Virus record (IMG/VR): IMGVR_UViG_3300046694_000619
Direction: 5' to 3' (one strand)
Source: a virus
Taxonomy: Duplodnaviria > Caudoviricetes
DNA length: 64,000 nucleotides
Under the pieces are notes generated by a model. That model had not been told where the DNA came from. It searched no databases and worked only from the letters and a program-made list of their open reading frames with translations. This document shows, piece after piece, positions 1 to 9,984 of this stretch. Numbering within the stretch: the stretch's first letter is position 1; each line of letters opens with the position of its first letter. The translations under genes were made by a program, and so were the position numbers.

Positions 1-465
1 AGCGACATTGACCATGCGCAGCGTCAAGCGCCGGGCAGGGTAGAAAATCTGTTTGGTTTGCACGGCATCGTCGACCAGCACGACCTCCGTGTCGTCGAAC
101 TCAGGGCTCATCTCGATGAAGTGCTGAAATCCGAAGTCCTTGCCATGAAACAGCATGCATTCGTTGTCGCTCTCGAAAACCGTGCCCCGGCTCAGGCAGA
201 GATGAAAAAGCTTCTCTGTCGTGAAGGTGTCCGCCAGGTCGAGCGTCACGCCGAGCGCCCGGTTGAGCCTTGCCTCAAAGAATTCGCGAAACAGTGCGAC
301 CCGGTGCTCATCCCATAGCGCAAAGGAAAAGAGCCGTACCGCCTCCGGCGCTTCGTCTTCGATAAAACCCCGGACAGGCTCCACGTTCACAAGCCGTGCG
401 AGCGCCGCGGCATCGAATTCGTCGATGACCGTGTCTTCCAGGTCCAGGAACACGACTTTCTTCAT
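1..465 (-). CDS. HAD-superfamily-like protein, runs off the left edge
   Basis: Read by hand: ATG at 465, MKKVVFLDLEDTVIDE (motif I-like DxxxT) and VVLVDD (motif IV-like); no stop before position 1. Confidence 0.6.
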   Translation of the reverse strand, partial: MKKVVFLDLEDTVIDEFDAAALARLVNVEPVRGFIEDEAPEAVRLFSFALWDEHRVALFREFFEARLNRALGVTLDLADTFTTEKLFHLCLSRGTVFESDNECMLFHGKDFGFQHFIEMSPEFDDTEVVLVDDAVQTKQIFYPARRLTLRMVNVA

Positions 466-597
466 GGGAGCGAGCAACGCATCAAGTTATTCTGTAATAT
501 ACCATTTATTGCGCCACCCGTCAATTTTGGCGGCGTTAAATTGGCATCTGCAATATTGTACGGTATACTTTATGCCTCTCATGTTTTAAGGCTTCGA

Positions 598-873
598 ATG
601 TCCGATTCAGTTTCTCGTGCTGATGCGACCGCGCGCACCGGCGTGCCTGCTGGTGATGCGCAAGCGATACCCGACCGCGGACCGTGGATGGTGACCGTCT
701 GGCCCGGTCAAAAGGTCGTGCTGCAGTCGGACGACTTCACGCACGACGTCGCCCTCGAAATTTCGGGCGATTTCGGCTCACACGATGAAAAGCGCGCCTA
801 CGCGAAAGCCCTGGCGGACTGGATGAATTCGAATCTCCCCGCGGCGAGCCGCCGCGCAGCAGCATCAAACTAA
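598..873 (+). CDS. hypothetical protein
   Basis: ORF from MSDSVSR, directly upstream of the next gene. Confidence 0.55.
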   Translation: MSDSVSRADATARTGVPAGDAQAIPDRGPWMVTVWPGQKVVLQSDDFTHDVALEISGDFGSHDEKRAYAKALADWMNSNLPAASRRAAASN

Positions 874-878
874 CTACC

Positions 879-2555
879 ATGCGCACGCAATATCTGATTC
901 TCGTACCGATTACCGTCATGTTCAGCCTGCTGCTCGACAGCTGGGCCCTGGGCGCGACGCCGCTCATCTGTGCCGTCATCCCTGGCTGCCTGTTGCTGCT
1001 CGGACTGCGCGATGCGATGCAGACCAAGCACAGTGTGCTGCGAAACTACCCAATCATTGGGCACATCCGCTACATCATGGAAGAGATGCGGCCCGCCATT
1101 CGGCAGTACCTCGTCGAGGGCGACCTCGAGGAAACGCCGTTCAGCCGCTCGCAACGCAGCGTCGTCTATCAGCGCGCAAAGAACACTGTCGATTCGCGTA
1201 CGTTTGGCACTGAGCTGAACGTCAACCAGATTGGCCACGAGTTCCTTGCTCACTCGCTGAGCCCAACGACCATCGCTGACCAGGATTCGGACTTCCGCGT
1301 CGTGATTGGTGCGAATCGTGAGAAGCCGTATGCGATGTCGGTCTTTAACATTTCGGCCATGAGCTTCGGCGCGTTGTCGGCCAATGCCATTCGCGCGCTC
1401 AATCGAGGCGCGAAGATGGGTGGATTTGCGCACGACACGGGAGAAGGCTCCCTCTCGAAGCATCACATTCAGGAGGGTGGAGATACGATTTGGGAAATCG
1501 CCTCCGGCTACTTCGGCTGTCGCACGGCTGAGGGTCGGTTTGACCCGGAAGCGTTCCAGCGGCTCGCGACGCTCGACCAGGTTAAAATGATTGAAATCAA
1601 GCTGTCGCAAGGCGCGAAGCCTGGCCACGGCGGTGTGTTGCCGGCGGCGAAGATTACGCCTGAGATTGCTGAGACGCGTGGCATCCCGATGGGCAAGGAT
1701 TGCATTTCGCCGTCGGCACACCCTGAATTTTCGACGCCTGTCGAAGCGCTTCGCTTCCTGCAGCTGCTTCGTACACTGTCCGGCGGCAAGCCCACGGGCG
1801 CGAAACTCTGCATTGGCCAGCCGCACGAGTGGATGGCGTTCCTCAAGGCAATCCTGCTGACGGGTATCTATCCTGACTTCGTCGTTGTGGATGGCGCAGA
1901 AGGCGGTACGGGTGCGGCTCCGGTCGAATTTGCGGACCACGTCGGCATGCCATTGCAGGAAGGTCTGCAACTGGTGCACAACTCCCTCATCGGCGCCGGA
2001 TTGCGCGACAAGATTAAGGTTGGCGCGAGCGGAAAAATCGTCACCGCGTTCGATATTGCGCGAGTGATTGCGCTCGGCGCGGATTACGCAAATAGCGGGA
2101 GAGCGATGATGATGTCCATCGGTTGTATACAATCTAACACCTGCAACAGCAATAAATGTCCTACGGGCGTCGCCACGCAAGACCCGAAACGGCAAGAAGC
2201 GCTGGTTGTCCCGGATAAGGCCGAGCGCGTTTATCACTTCCACCGCAACACACTGCACGCGCTCAAGGAGCTGTTGCAAGCCGCCGGGTTGATGAATCCC
2301 GCTGACCTGCGCCTGCATCACATCATGCGACGTGTGTCGACGTTCCAGGTCGAGCCGCTTTCGAACCTGCTCGAGCATATTGGACCCGGCTCGCTTGTGG
2401 ATGGCACCTGTCAAAGCCAAGCCTATACGAACTGGTGGGCCCAGGCGGATGCACATTCGTTCCAGCATCAGAACGCGCGAGCTGTGGTTGGCAAGCGAGT
2501 TATCTGGATGCAGCGCATGAGCGACCTCGAAGCAAAGCCTGCGGCCGTCGAATAA
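879..2555 (+). CDS. FMN-binding glutamate synthase family protein
   Basis: SAMSFGALS, TGEG, EIKLSQGAKPGHGG, DGAEGGTGAAP and Cys cluster GCIQSNTCNSNKCPTGVATQ; N-terminal TM segments. Confidence 0.92.
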   Translation: MRTQYLILVPITVMFSLLLDSWALGATPLICAVIPGCLLLLGLRDAMQTKHSVLRNYPIIGHIRYIMEEMRPAIRQYLVEGDLEETPFSRSQRSVVYQRAKNTVDSRTFGTELNVNQIGHEFLAHSLSPTTIADQDSDFRVVIGANREKPYAMSVFNISAMSFGALSANAIRALNRGAKMGGFAHDTGEGSLSKHHIQEGGDTIWEIASGYFGCRTAEGRFDPEAFQRLATLDQVKMIEIKLSQGAKPGHGGVLPAAKITPEIAETRGIPMGKDCISPSAHPEFSTPVEALRFLQLLRTLSGGKPTGAKLCIGQPHEWMAFLKAILLTGIYPDFVVVDGAEGGTGAAPVEFADHVGMPLQEGLQLVHNSLIGAGLRDKIKVGASGKIVTAFDIARVIALGADYANSGRAMMMSIGCIQSNTCNSNKCPTGVATQDPKRQEALVVPDKAERVYHFHRNTLHALKELLQAAGLMNPADLRLHHIMRRVSTFQVEPLSNLLEHIGPGSLVDGTCQSQAYTNWWAQADAHSFQHQNARAVVGKRVIWMQRMSDLEAKPAAVE

Positions 2556-2607
2556 CCCCTGAGCCGGGCATACGTCCGGCTCGCTTACCCAATGGGAGCA
2601 ATACTCA

Positions 2608-2913
2608 ATGATTGACATCAATAACTCCGCCGAGCTTCAGGAAAAACTCCTCGCGGCCGACGTAGCACTCATCGACTTCTGGGCGCCGTGGTGCGGCCCG
2701 TGCAAGCAGATGATGCCGGCGCTGGAGTCCCTCCAGGCGAACAACCCGTCTCTCGTCATCGGCAAGGTCAACTGCGACGAGGCCCAGGAGCTCGCGAAGT
2801 CGTTCGGCGTGCGCGCCATCCCGACGCTGGTGCTGCTCAAGAAGGGCCATGTCGCCGGCACGCACGTAGGCGCCCAGTCGCTCGACGCCCTGAACAAGCT
2901 TATCAACGGATAA
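2608..2913 (+). CDS. trxA: thioredoxin
   Basis: FWAPWCGPCK and cis-Pro IPT motif, 101 aa. Confidence 0.9.
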   Translation: MIDINNSAELQEKLLAADVALIDFWAPWCGPCKQMMPALESLQANNPSLVIGKVNCDEAQELAKSFGVRAIPTLVLLKKGHVAGTHVGAQSLDALNKLING

Positions 2914-2918
2914 CCAGC

Positions 2919-3233
2919 ATGTTGAAGGTCGAGACACCTGCGCAGCTGAAAAGCCAGGTGCTGTCAGCGAACAAGGCGCTTCTGTTTTTCACGACGCCCG
3001 ATTGCCCCGACTCGGCTTTCGTCAAGGAGCGCCTCGATATGGTGAAGGGGCGCAATGGAAGTCTCACTATCGCGAGCGCCGATATGACCCGCGTGCCGGC
3101 GCTTGCCCGTGCGCTGAATGTCACCGAGGCGCCCACGGTTGTGCTCTTCCGGTGGGGCAAACGTATTTCTCATCTGACCGGAAAAGTGAGTGCCCGGGAA
3201 ATCCAGAATCTGGTCGACAGCGTGTTCTGGTAG
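2919..3233 (+). CDS. thioredoxin-like protein with CxxS motif
   Basis: ATG 2919; FTTPDCPDS and APTVVLF..G, thioredoxin fold pattern. Confidence 0.7.
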   Translation: MLKVETPAQLKSQVLSANKALLFFTTPDCPDSAFVKERLDMVKGRNGSLTIASADMTRVPALARALNVTEAPTVVLFRWGKRISHLTGKVSAREIQNLVDSVFW

Positions 3234-3418
3234 AACAGACCGTTAGAGTCACATAATCGGTTGAAAGCGGTACTCCGATTCATCAAACTAGCCCCTATCG
3301 GTCATCGACTTATAGGGGCTTTTCCATGCCCGGACTTGAGCGCCACAGACCGGCTGCTTACGGTAGAATTTTGGTCAGCTATGCCGTCTAGTGGTCCGTT
3401 CACGCCCAAGGTTTCCAA

Positions 3419-4954
3419 ATGGCTAAAAAGTCGACGCCAACCCCGCCGCCAACCGATAATCCCATCGACGTATCCAACCTGTTAGCGGGTAGGCCCAGGA
3501 ATGAGCTTTTGTCGGAAGTCCTTGCCGCTGAGGAGGCGGGTGACGTCGACCTGGCGGCCAAGCACGCAATATCGGCGCTAGCCAGCAAGATGCCTCGCGA
3601 AATGGTCGACGTGCTGTTGAGCATTGTTCATGACATGGCGGTCATCGAGAGCCACTTTTCGCCAGCCGTCAAATCGCTCCTTTGCAAGGCCGCAGATAAG
3701 GGCTACCACCTCTATGCCTATGCCGCCGCAAATAGCGTCAGGGACGACGCCAAAAACGTTCGGGACTATCGCCGGGCCGAGCGCTACTACAAACTCGCGA
3801 TGAGCTGTACCGAGGAGCCGGCGAGGCAGGCGGCGGCGCATGTCAACTACGGCCGTATGGTGCGGGAGGGCCGGGTATCCGATAAACCGGATTTGCCTGC
3901 CGCAATTGAAATTTTCGAAGTTGCTGGCCGGATGGGACTGGTTAAAGGCATGTTCCATGCGGGTGATACGAGTTCCACTCTCGCCCAGGACGGTGACCGG
4001 GCGTATGGCGCCCGCGCAGCCTACTGGTTCAACAAGGCGCTGGAAACAAGGGCCAGCGGCGTCCCAATATTGGACTATGAAAACGACGCGGAACTGGAAC
4101 GTCAAGTTTACGAAAGCTGCGTGTTTGAACTGTCTGCCCTGAACATTGATTCATTATTTGACGGAGCCGATGTTGAGGAAGGAATCCGGTGGGCGCGACA
4201 ACTGGCCGATAGGGGCAGCGCGCGTGCTCGCCGCAATCTGCAGATTGCTTATGAACGGCACCTGACCGATATGACCACAAAGCCTGCCAAATCTCCGGGC
4301 GGGAACTGGAAATCGGTGCTAGCCCAGATGGATTGGTCGTTCAAGGGAAAACTGCGGACCATTACCGTCCCGGTCGTGCTCAGTGACTCAGATGAAGAGG
4401 AGTCGATGCAGGTCGATGTTCTGACGGTAAACCTGCACAAGGGTAAGCAGATTGATTTGTTCGTTGTGCACGACCCATGTTTGCCTGCGCAAGGCGGATT
4501 CGAGTTGCTGTCCACAGTTGCGCAGGTACTCTCCAAAATCCATCCGGGAGACTTTTTTCTGCTCAGCCGCAAGGCGCTTTTTATAGAGCAGGACGACATG
4601 GCGTACACACCTATCTACGTCAGACACAACGGTCGTGTTCGGCCACAGGCGCTTTGGCTAGGATGCTCGCCAGCCGAAGTGCTTCAACGCGCAAAAGATG
4701 GCGTGGAGTTCCTGGACCCACGCTTCGGCAATGAAAATTGCATCCTCCCGATTGCCGTAAACACGTTGGACGAAGGCTACGTGGTAGCAACCGATGCCCG
4801 ACTGGACCTGCCATGGGTCGGAGTCGGAGAGCCTTGGTGTATGCCGTTCCTGGACCGGAACCAGCTGGCCGGGCTTGGCATCATTTTTGAGGGTGGGCGA
4901 GTCCTCATGCTCTCGCAGGACGATTGGGAGCGCAAGGTGCGGTGGCCGGAATAG
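3419..4954 (+). CDS. Sel1/TPR-like repeat protein
   Basis: Helical repeats such as AERYYKLA, AIEIFEVAGRMG, AAYWFNKA, GIRWARQLADRG. Confidence 0.6.
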   Translation: MAKKSTPTPPPTDNPIDVSNLLAGRPRNELLSEVLAAEEAGDVDLAAKHAISALASKMPREMVDVLLSIVHDMAVIESHFSPAVKSLLCKAADKGYHLYAYAAANSVRDDAKNVRDYRRAERYYKLAMSCTEEPARQAAAHVNYGRMVREGRVSDKPDLPAAIEIFEVAGRMGLVKGMFHAGDTSSTLAQDGDRAYGARAAYWFNKALETRASGVPILDYENDAELERQVYESCVFELSALNIDSLFDGADVEEGIRWARQLADRGSARARRNLQIAYERHLTDMTTKPAKSPGGNWKSVLAQMDWSFKGKLRTITVPVVLSDSDEEESMQVDVLTVNLHKGKQIDLFVVHDPCLPAQGGFELLSTVAQVLSKIHPGDFFLLSRKALFIEQDDMAYTPIYVRHNGRVRPQALWLGCSPAEVLQRAKDGVEFLDPRFGNENCILPIAVNTLDEGYVVATDARLDLPWVGVGEPWCMPFLDRNQLAGLGIIFEGGRVLMLSQDDWERKVRWPE

Positions 4955-5032
4955 TAGGGCGGTCGTACGGGCCAACGAGCCGTAAAAAAGACTCCCGGGT
5001 TTCCAGGAGTCTGAAAGGCCTCGAACGGGAAA

Positions 5033-7537
5033 TCACTGCTGCCAGGTAACGCTCACCAGGCCATTCAAGCCCTGACCGTTGATGCCGCCCGCACCGGCAG
5101 AACCACGCAGCGAAGAACCGGCGTTGCCCGGCGTGGTGCCCGAGCCGCCGAGCAACGCTGCGCCTGTAGCGCCCGCCTCAATGTAGCCGGAGCCACCACC
5201 ACCACCCGCGCCGCCCGAGCAGCCACCGCCGGTACCACCTGAGCCACCGCCGAAATAGCCGCCACCGCCGCCGCCGGATGCGCCGTTGCCAGAAAAGCCA
5301 TAGCCAGAAATGCCGCCGCCACCGTAGTTAAAGCCGGACATGCTGGACGCGGGCCCGCCGTGAAGCGAAGAGCCAGGTTGTCCGCCGCCACCACCTCCGG
5401 TCATGGAGCCGCCTGTGCCCCCGGCGCTTTGATTGCCGCCACCACCACCGCCCGAATTTGTAGGCGCGGTGGACGACGCGCCGCCGCCTGCAACACCAGT
5501 AGCGCCACCACCTGCACCGCCCGCGCCACCGACACCGCCCGCGGGACTAACCGAATACGTCGGGCAGACGGCGGTGCCGCCACCGCTGCCACCCGCACCG
5601 CCTCCACCGCCCGCGGCCATCGCCAACGTGCCGTTGATATACGCAAATGAACCGCCGCCGCCGGTGCCGCCTTGGTACGTCGAGGCGCTTGTCGTGCACT
5701 GACTGGAGCCATATTCGCAAGTACCGTTGCTGGTGCCGCCTTGGCCCACGCGCACGAGAAGCGTGGCGCTGACGGGCACGGGGATAGTCGCTCCTGCATA
5801 ACCACCGCCACCGCCTTGGCCCGAGTATCCGCCGCCACCGGCACCCCACATGGCAATGCTGGCGTGGCCGCACGCAGCTGGCGCCGTTACCGAGTAATCC
5901 GAAAGCTGCGTGACGGTAACCGTGCCACCCGGGCAGGCCGGCGTCCCTGTCAGCGCGACCGGAACGCTCGTGTCCTGCGAACTGACCATCAGGTTTCCCG
6001 ACAGCGCCGTCGACGTTCTCGGCGCGTAGGTCAGGGTCGCCGTGCAGCTTGTCCCTGCAGCTAGTGCCTGTCCGCAGGTATCAGTCTCGGTTACACCAGT
6101 CGGCAAGGAGAACGACAACTTCGTTGTCGCGATATTGCCGTTGTTCGTGAGTGTTACTGTCTTGACCAGGCTGCTTGCAGTGCTGACGCTACCGAAGTCC
6201 ACGGCCGTCGGCGACGCGACCAACTTCGTACCTTGACCTGTGCCGGACAGGTTGACAGTCGTGTCGCCGGAGCTCGCCGATACCTTGACGGTGCCCGTGG
6301 CCGCGCCGATTGCGGTTGGCGTGAAAGTGACGCTGACCGTACAGTTCGCGTTCGCCGCGAGCGAAGAGCCGCAGGTGTTCGTCACACTGAACGGACCGGT
6401 ACCCGTGATGCCAGTCACGCCGAGGGGTTTGTCCCCTGTGTTGGTGAGCGTGAGCGTCTTCGCGCTCGACGGTGTGCTTACGGCCTGGTTATCGAAGCTC
6501 AGTGCCGTTGCCGACAGCGTTCCGTATCCGAGCTTGGCCACGAAGAGCTGGTATGCCTGCTGACCAGTCTTTGCCTTGTATGCGGCCTGAATCGTGAATG
6601 TGCTAGTGCTGCCCGCCGGCGGCGTTCCCGCGATGACCCCGTCAGAAGTAAGGCTCAGGCCGACTGGAAGGCTGCCGCCGACCACGCTCCAGGTAACCCC
6701 CGCGCCGGTGTAGGCAGCGTCACCTGAGACAGAAAGACGGGGCTTGAGGTCGTAGCTGTAGGCCGATGACTGGGTGGCGTCGGGCAGTGCCGCGCTAGCC
6801 AGCGTGACAGTAATCGCCCCCACCGCGACCTGGTAGGCCTGCTGACCCGAGCGGGTTTTGTATGCGGCCTGAACCGTAAAGGGCGTTCCGGCGTTTTCTG
6901 CCGTCGGGATTCCGGCGATGACGCCATTGGCTCCGAGGCTCAGTCCGGCCGGCAGCGCTCCGCTGACGACACTCCAGGTGACGCCCGTGCCTGTGTAAGC
7001 CGAATCGCCTGACACAGCGAGGGAGGGCGTGAGGTCATAGCTGTATGGCGCACCTTGGGTCCCGTCCGGCAGGCCTGAAGCAGCCAGGGAGACGACCAGG
7101 TTGTTGATGGTGACGGAGTAGCTCTGCTCACCGGCCTTGGTCTTGTAGCTCGCCAGCAGCTGAAAGTTCGAGTTGGCCGGGGCTGCCGGCGTACCGGAGA
7201 GCTTGCCGTCCGTGCTGAGTGTCAAGCCAGCGGGCAATGCGCCGCTCGCTACGGACCAGCGCACATTGCTTGCGCTAAATTGCGGGTCACCTTTGACCTG
7301 CAGCACCGAGTTGAAGTCGAAGCCCGCGTACGCCTCCCCAACCAAACCCTGAGGCAGGCTGTACGCACTGAGCGAAACCAGAATGTTGCCAGCCGTTGCG
7401 GTCCGATTCGGCACCGGGACAACCACGTAATAGTTCGTGGCGAACGACGAGGCCGAGGCTACCAGCAGCGAGGCTGCGAGGAGCTGCTTCAAGCGGGTCA
7501 GCCGGAATGGCGAGTGCGAGGAGGTCGATTGGTCCAT
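5033..7537 (-). CDS. secreted putative Ig-repeat / ASH-domain protein with glycine-rich C-terminus
   Basis: Signal peptide, 3x W.V.SG.LP.GL.L..G.I.G.P repeats, two LTNTG/CG..LA...CT domains, WGAGGGG Gly-rich tail. Confidence 0.85.
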   Translation of the reverse strand: MDQSTSSHSPFRLTRLKQLLAASLLVASASSFATNYYVVVPVPNRTATAGNILVSLSAYSLPQGLVGEAYAGFDFNSVLQVKGDPQFSASNVRWSVASGALPAGLTLSTDGKLSGTPAAPANSNFQLLASYKTKAGEQSYSVTINNLVVSLAASGLPDGTQGAPYSYDLTPSLAVSGDSAYTGTGVTWSVVSGALPAGLSLGANGVIAGIPTAENAGTPFTVQAAYKTRSGQQAYQVAVGAITVTLASAALPDATQSSAYSYDLKPRLSVSGDAAYTGAGVTWSVVGGSLPVGLSLTSDGVIAGTPPAGSTSTFTIQAAYKAKTGQQAYQLFVAKLGYGTLSATALSFDNQAVSTPSSAKTLTLTNTGDKPLGVTGITGTGPFSVTNTCGSSLAANANCTVSVTFTPTAIGAATGTVKVSASSGDTTVNLSGTGQGTKLVASPTAVDFGSVSTASSLVKTVTLTNNGNIATTKLSFSLPTGVTETDTCGQALAAGTSCTATLTYAPRTSTALSGNLMVSSQDTSVPVALTGTPACPGGTVTVTQLSDYSVTAPAACGHASIAMWGAGGGGYSGQGGGGGYAGATIPVPVSATLLVRVGQGGTSNGTCEYGSSQCTTSASTYQGGTGGGGSFAYINGTLAMAAGGGGGAGGSGGGTAVCPTYSVSPAGGVGGAGGAGGGATGVAGGGASSTAPTNSGGGGGGNQSAGGTGGSMTGGGGGGQPGSSLHGGPASSMSGFNYGGGGISGYGFSGNGASGGGGGGYFGGGSGGTGGGCSGGAGGGGGSGYIEAGATGAALLGGSGTTPGNAGSSLRGSAGAGGINGQGLNGLVSVTWQQ

Positions 7538-7628
7538 TTGTCAAGGCAAATCAGAGGTTTCGTAGTATAGGAGTCACTATCTGCCGGCCTATACCAGAAT
7601 GAGTCAAACTTAATTTCTGGAGGGTCAT

Positions 7629-7952
7629 ATGAACATCATTCGCACAATTCTTTTCATCGTCCTTCTCTCGCTGGGGCTGTCAGCCAAGGCGCAAGTCAAG
7701 GAGTACGTGGTCGCACCGGATGTACAGGTGCAGTATTTCAACGGCGAAATGCGCTTCTGCGAACGAGCAAACCTGCGCGGCATCACTTGTGGCTCCGAGC
7801 GGAAGATTTTCGGCAAGCACTTTTTCGCCGCACGGGACTGGTGGAAGCCGGAGACATACGTCCAGGCCGTCACCGGTCTGAACGAATTTACGCTGTGGAG
7901 CGCCGAGCCCACGCCCGATGGCCGCGGCATCGTCATCTATTACAGCCGCTGA
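7629..7952 (+). CDS. hypothetical secreted protein
   Basis: GGAGG RBS; signal peptide ending AKA. Confidence 0.7.
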   Translation: MNIIRTILFIVLLSLGLSAKAQVKEYVVAPDVQVQYFNGEMRFCERANLRGITCGSERKIFGKHFFAARDWWKPETYVQAVTGLNEFTLWSAEPTPDGRGIVIYYSR

Positions 7953-8148
7953 CACACCAAGTTCGACACTGACGTTTCTCTCAAAGCCACGGCAATTGCT
8001 GTGGCTTTTCTTTTTCCGCTCGGCCATTCACACGACGCTCAGCCGCCGTATATCATCCAACACGTATTCGGTCAAGTCGCGTTCCTATACTCAAGACCTT
8101 TGAGCCACCCTTCCCGGTGGCGTACGAATTCACGAGTAGCAGGTACGC

Positions 8149-9984
8149 ATGGACCTCATTTCAAAACTGCTGGATAGCCAGGAGGCGTCGGCCGCAGCCT
8201 TCGGGTTTCTGGCCTACGCCTTGTTTATTGTGTGGCGCCGCGCGTCGGCGCGCTGGGTGAACTGGTTCCCGCCACTCGCCAAGATTGCTCGCCTCGCGCT
8301 CTATGCCTGCGCGCTCGTCGTCGGCTTCATCGGCTTTCGCGTACTCACCAACGCGGATGCGTCGCCTTACACCTGGCTGCTCGTCGTTGGTGGTGGCTGT
8401 ACGGGTCCCGTGCTGAACCGCGTGTCCCGCTTCCTGCGCCCGAAAGAAAAGATTCGCCGCGGCGCGCGCGTGGGCACGCCCGCTGACGTCAACAAGCAGA
8501 GTAGCAAGGAGATGCCGTCCAGCGACTTCAAGGACAGCTTCGAGATGGGCGGCGTGAAAATCCCGCGCTCGGCCGAACCGTATCACTTCTTCGTGGTCGG
8601 CTCGACGGGTACGGGTAAGTCGGTGGCCATCACCAACCTCATGGACGAAATCGAAGCGCGCGGCGACATCGCGCTCGTCGTCGACTCGGGTGGTGAGTTT
8701 TCTTCGCGCTACTTCAAGCCGGGCCGCGACCACATCCTGAATCCGTTCGACGACCGTTGCGCACCCTGGTCGCCTACTGCAGAGCTTGCGGGCCCTTGGG
8801 ACGCTGAAGCGCTCGCCAAGTCGATGGTGCCGGACGGTGTCGGAGACTCGAAGGAATGGAACGGCTACGCGCAGACGTTCGTGACGTCCGTGTTGCGTCG
8901 GCTCATGGCATTGAACCGCCTCTCCATCAAGGACCTGCTGTACTACGTCCAGGCCGCGCCCATCGAGGAGCTCACGCCATTGCTGGCCGGCACGTCGGCC
9001 GCCGCACAACTGGTTTCGGACCGGACTTTCGGGTCCATCCGGACGATTGCGACCAACTATCTGTCGACGTACGCGTATCTGTCGGACAACGACAACCCCT
9101 TCTCGGTGGCGAAGTTCATCCGTGCCGAAAAGCCGGGATTCCTGTTCTTCACGTACCGCGACGACCAGCTCGATTCGCTGCGCAACATGATTGCCTGCGC
9201 GCTTGACGTAGCGGCGCGGACCATCCTTGCGTTGCCTGCCAATAGTGAGCGACGGGTATGGCTCATCATCGACGAGTTCGCCTCAATCGGCAAAGTGCAG
9301 AGCATCGAGGCCGTGGCAACCAAGGCACGGAAGATGGGTGGTTGCCTGCTGATTGGTCTGCAGTCGGTTTCGCAGTTGCAGGAACGCTACGGCGAGAAGG
9401 GCGCGCAAACCATTCTGTCGTGCTTGAGCTCCTGGCTCGTGCTGCGCTGCTCCGACGCGGAGACATCTGAGTACGTCTCGAGGTACATCGGCGATACGGA
9501 AATCTCCCGCATGACCCGCTCGGAGTCTACTTCCGACACGGGCGGCGGCTCGGACTCACGCAACGAACAGATTCAGACCCAGCGCGCGGTGATGCCGGTG
9601 GAGCTGCAAAAACTTGTCAACCTGCACGGCTTCTTCAAGCTCGCCGGCGGCTACCCCATCTGCAACGTCAAGCTGAGCTACCCCAAGAAGCGCGAAGCAC
9701 GCTCCCAGAAATACGCCGAACGCGACTTCATCGCGAAGCCGATGCTCGACCTCATTCCGGCTACCACTCCGGCGAGCCCGGCTGGTGGAAGTGAAGGCGC
9801 GGGACAGGGCATGCAACCGCAGGCCCACGCCGAGGACGCGAACACGTCGGTCGCCGACACGCATCCGACCGCTGAAACCGAACAAGCCACCTTGCGGGTC
9901 CGCAAGAGCCCGCTCGAAGAGGGGCCTGCCGCCCTCGAAGAAATTCTGAATGAACTGGCAGAAGCGTTCGAAAACGATTTTTAA
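8149..9984 (+). CDS. type IV coupling protein (TrwB/TraD family)
   Basis: N-terminal TMs, Walker A GSTGTGKS, LNPFDDR..W, Walker B IIDEF, RK.GG...GLQS..QL..YG. Confidence 0.9.
   Translation: MDLISKLLDSQEASAAAFGFLAYALFIVWRRASARWVNWFPPLAKIARLALYACALVVGFIGFRVLTNADASPYTWLLVVGGGCTGPVLNRVSRFLRPKEKIRRGARVGTPADVNKQSSKEMPSSDFKDSFEMGGVKIPRSAEPYHFFVVGSTGTGKSVAITNLMDEIEARGDIALVVDSGGEFSSRYFKPGRDHILNPFDDRCAPWSPTAELAGPWDAEALAKSMVPDGVGDSKEWNGYAQTFVTSVLRRLMALNRLSIKDLLYYVQAAPIEELTPLLAGTSAAAQLVSDRTFGSIRTIATNYLSTYAYLSDNDNPFSVAKFIRAEKPGFLFFTYRDDQLDSLRNMIACALDVAARTILALPANSERRVWLIIDEFASIGKVQSIEAVATKARKMGGCLLIGLQSVSQLQERYGEKGAQTILSCLSSWLVLRCSDAETSEYVSRYIGDTEISRMTRSESTSDTGGGSDSRNEQIQTQRAVMPVELQKLVNLHGFFKLAGGYPICNVKLSYPKKREARSQKYAERDFIAKPMLDLIPATTPASPAGGSEGAGQGMQPQAHAEDANTSVADTHPTAETEQATLRVRKSPLEEGPAALEEILNELAEAFENDF

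Noticed and set aside
870-2621. 583-aa minus-strand ORF
   Set aside because: Antisense shadow of the glutamate synthase family gene; no recognisable motifs
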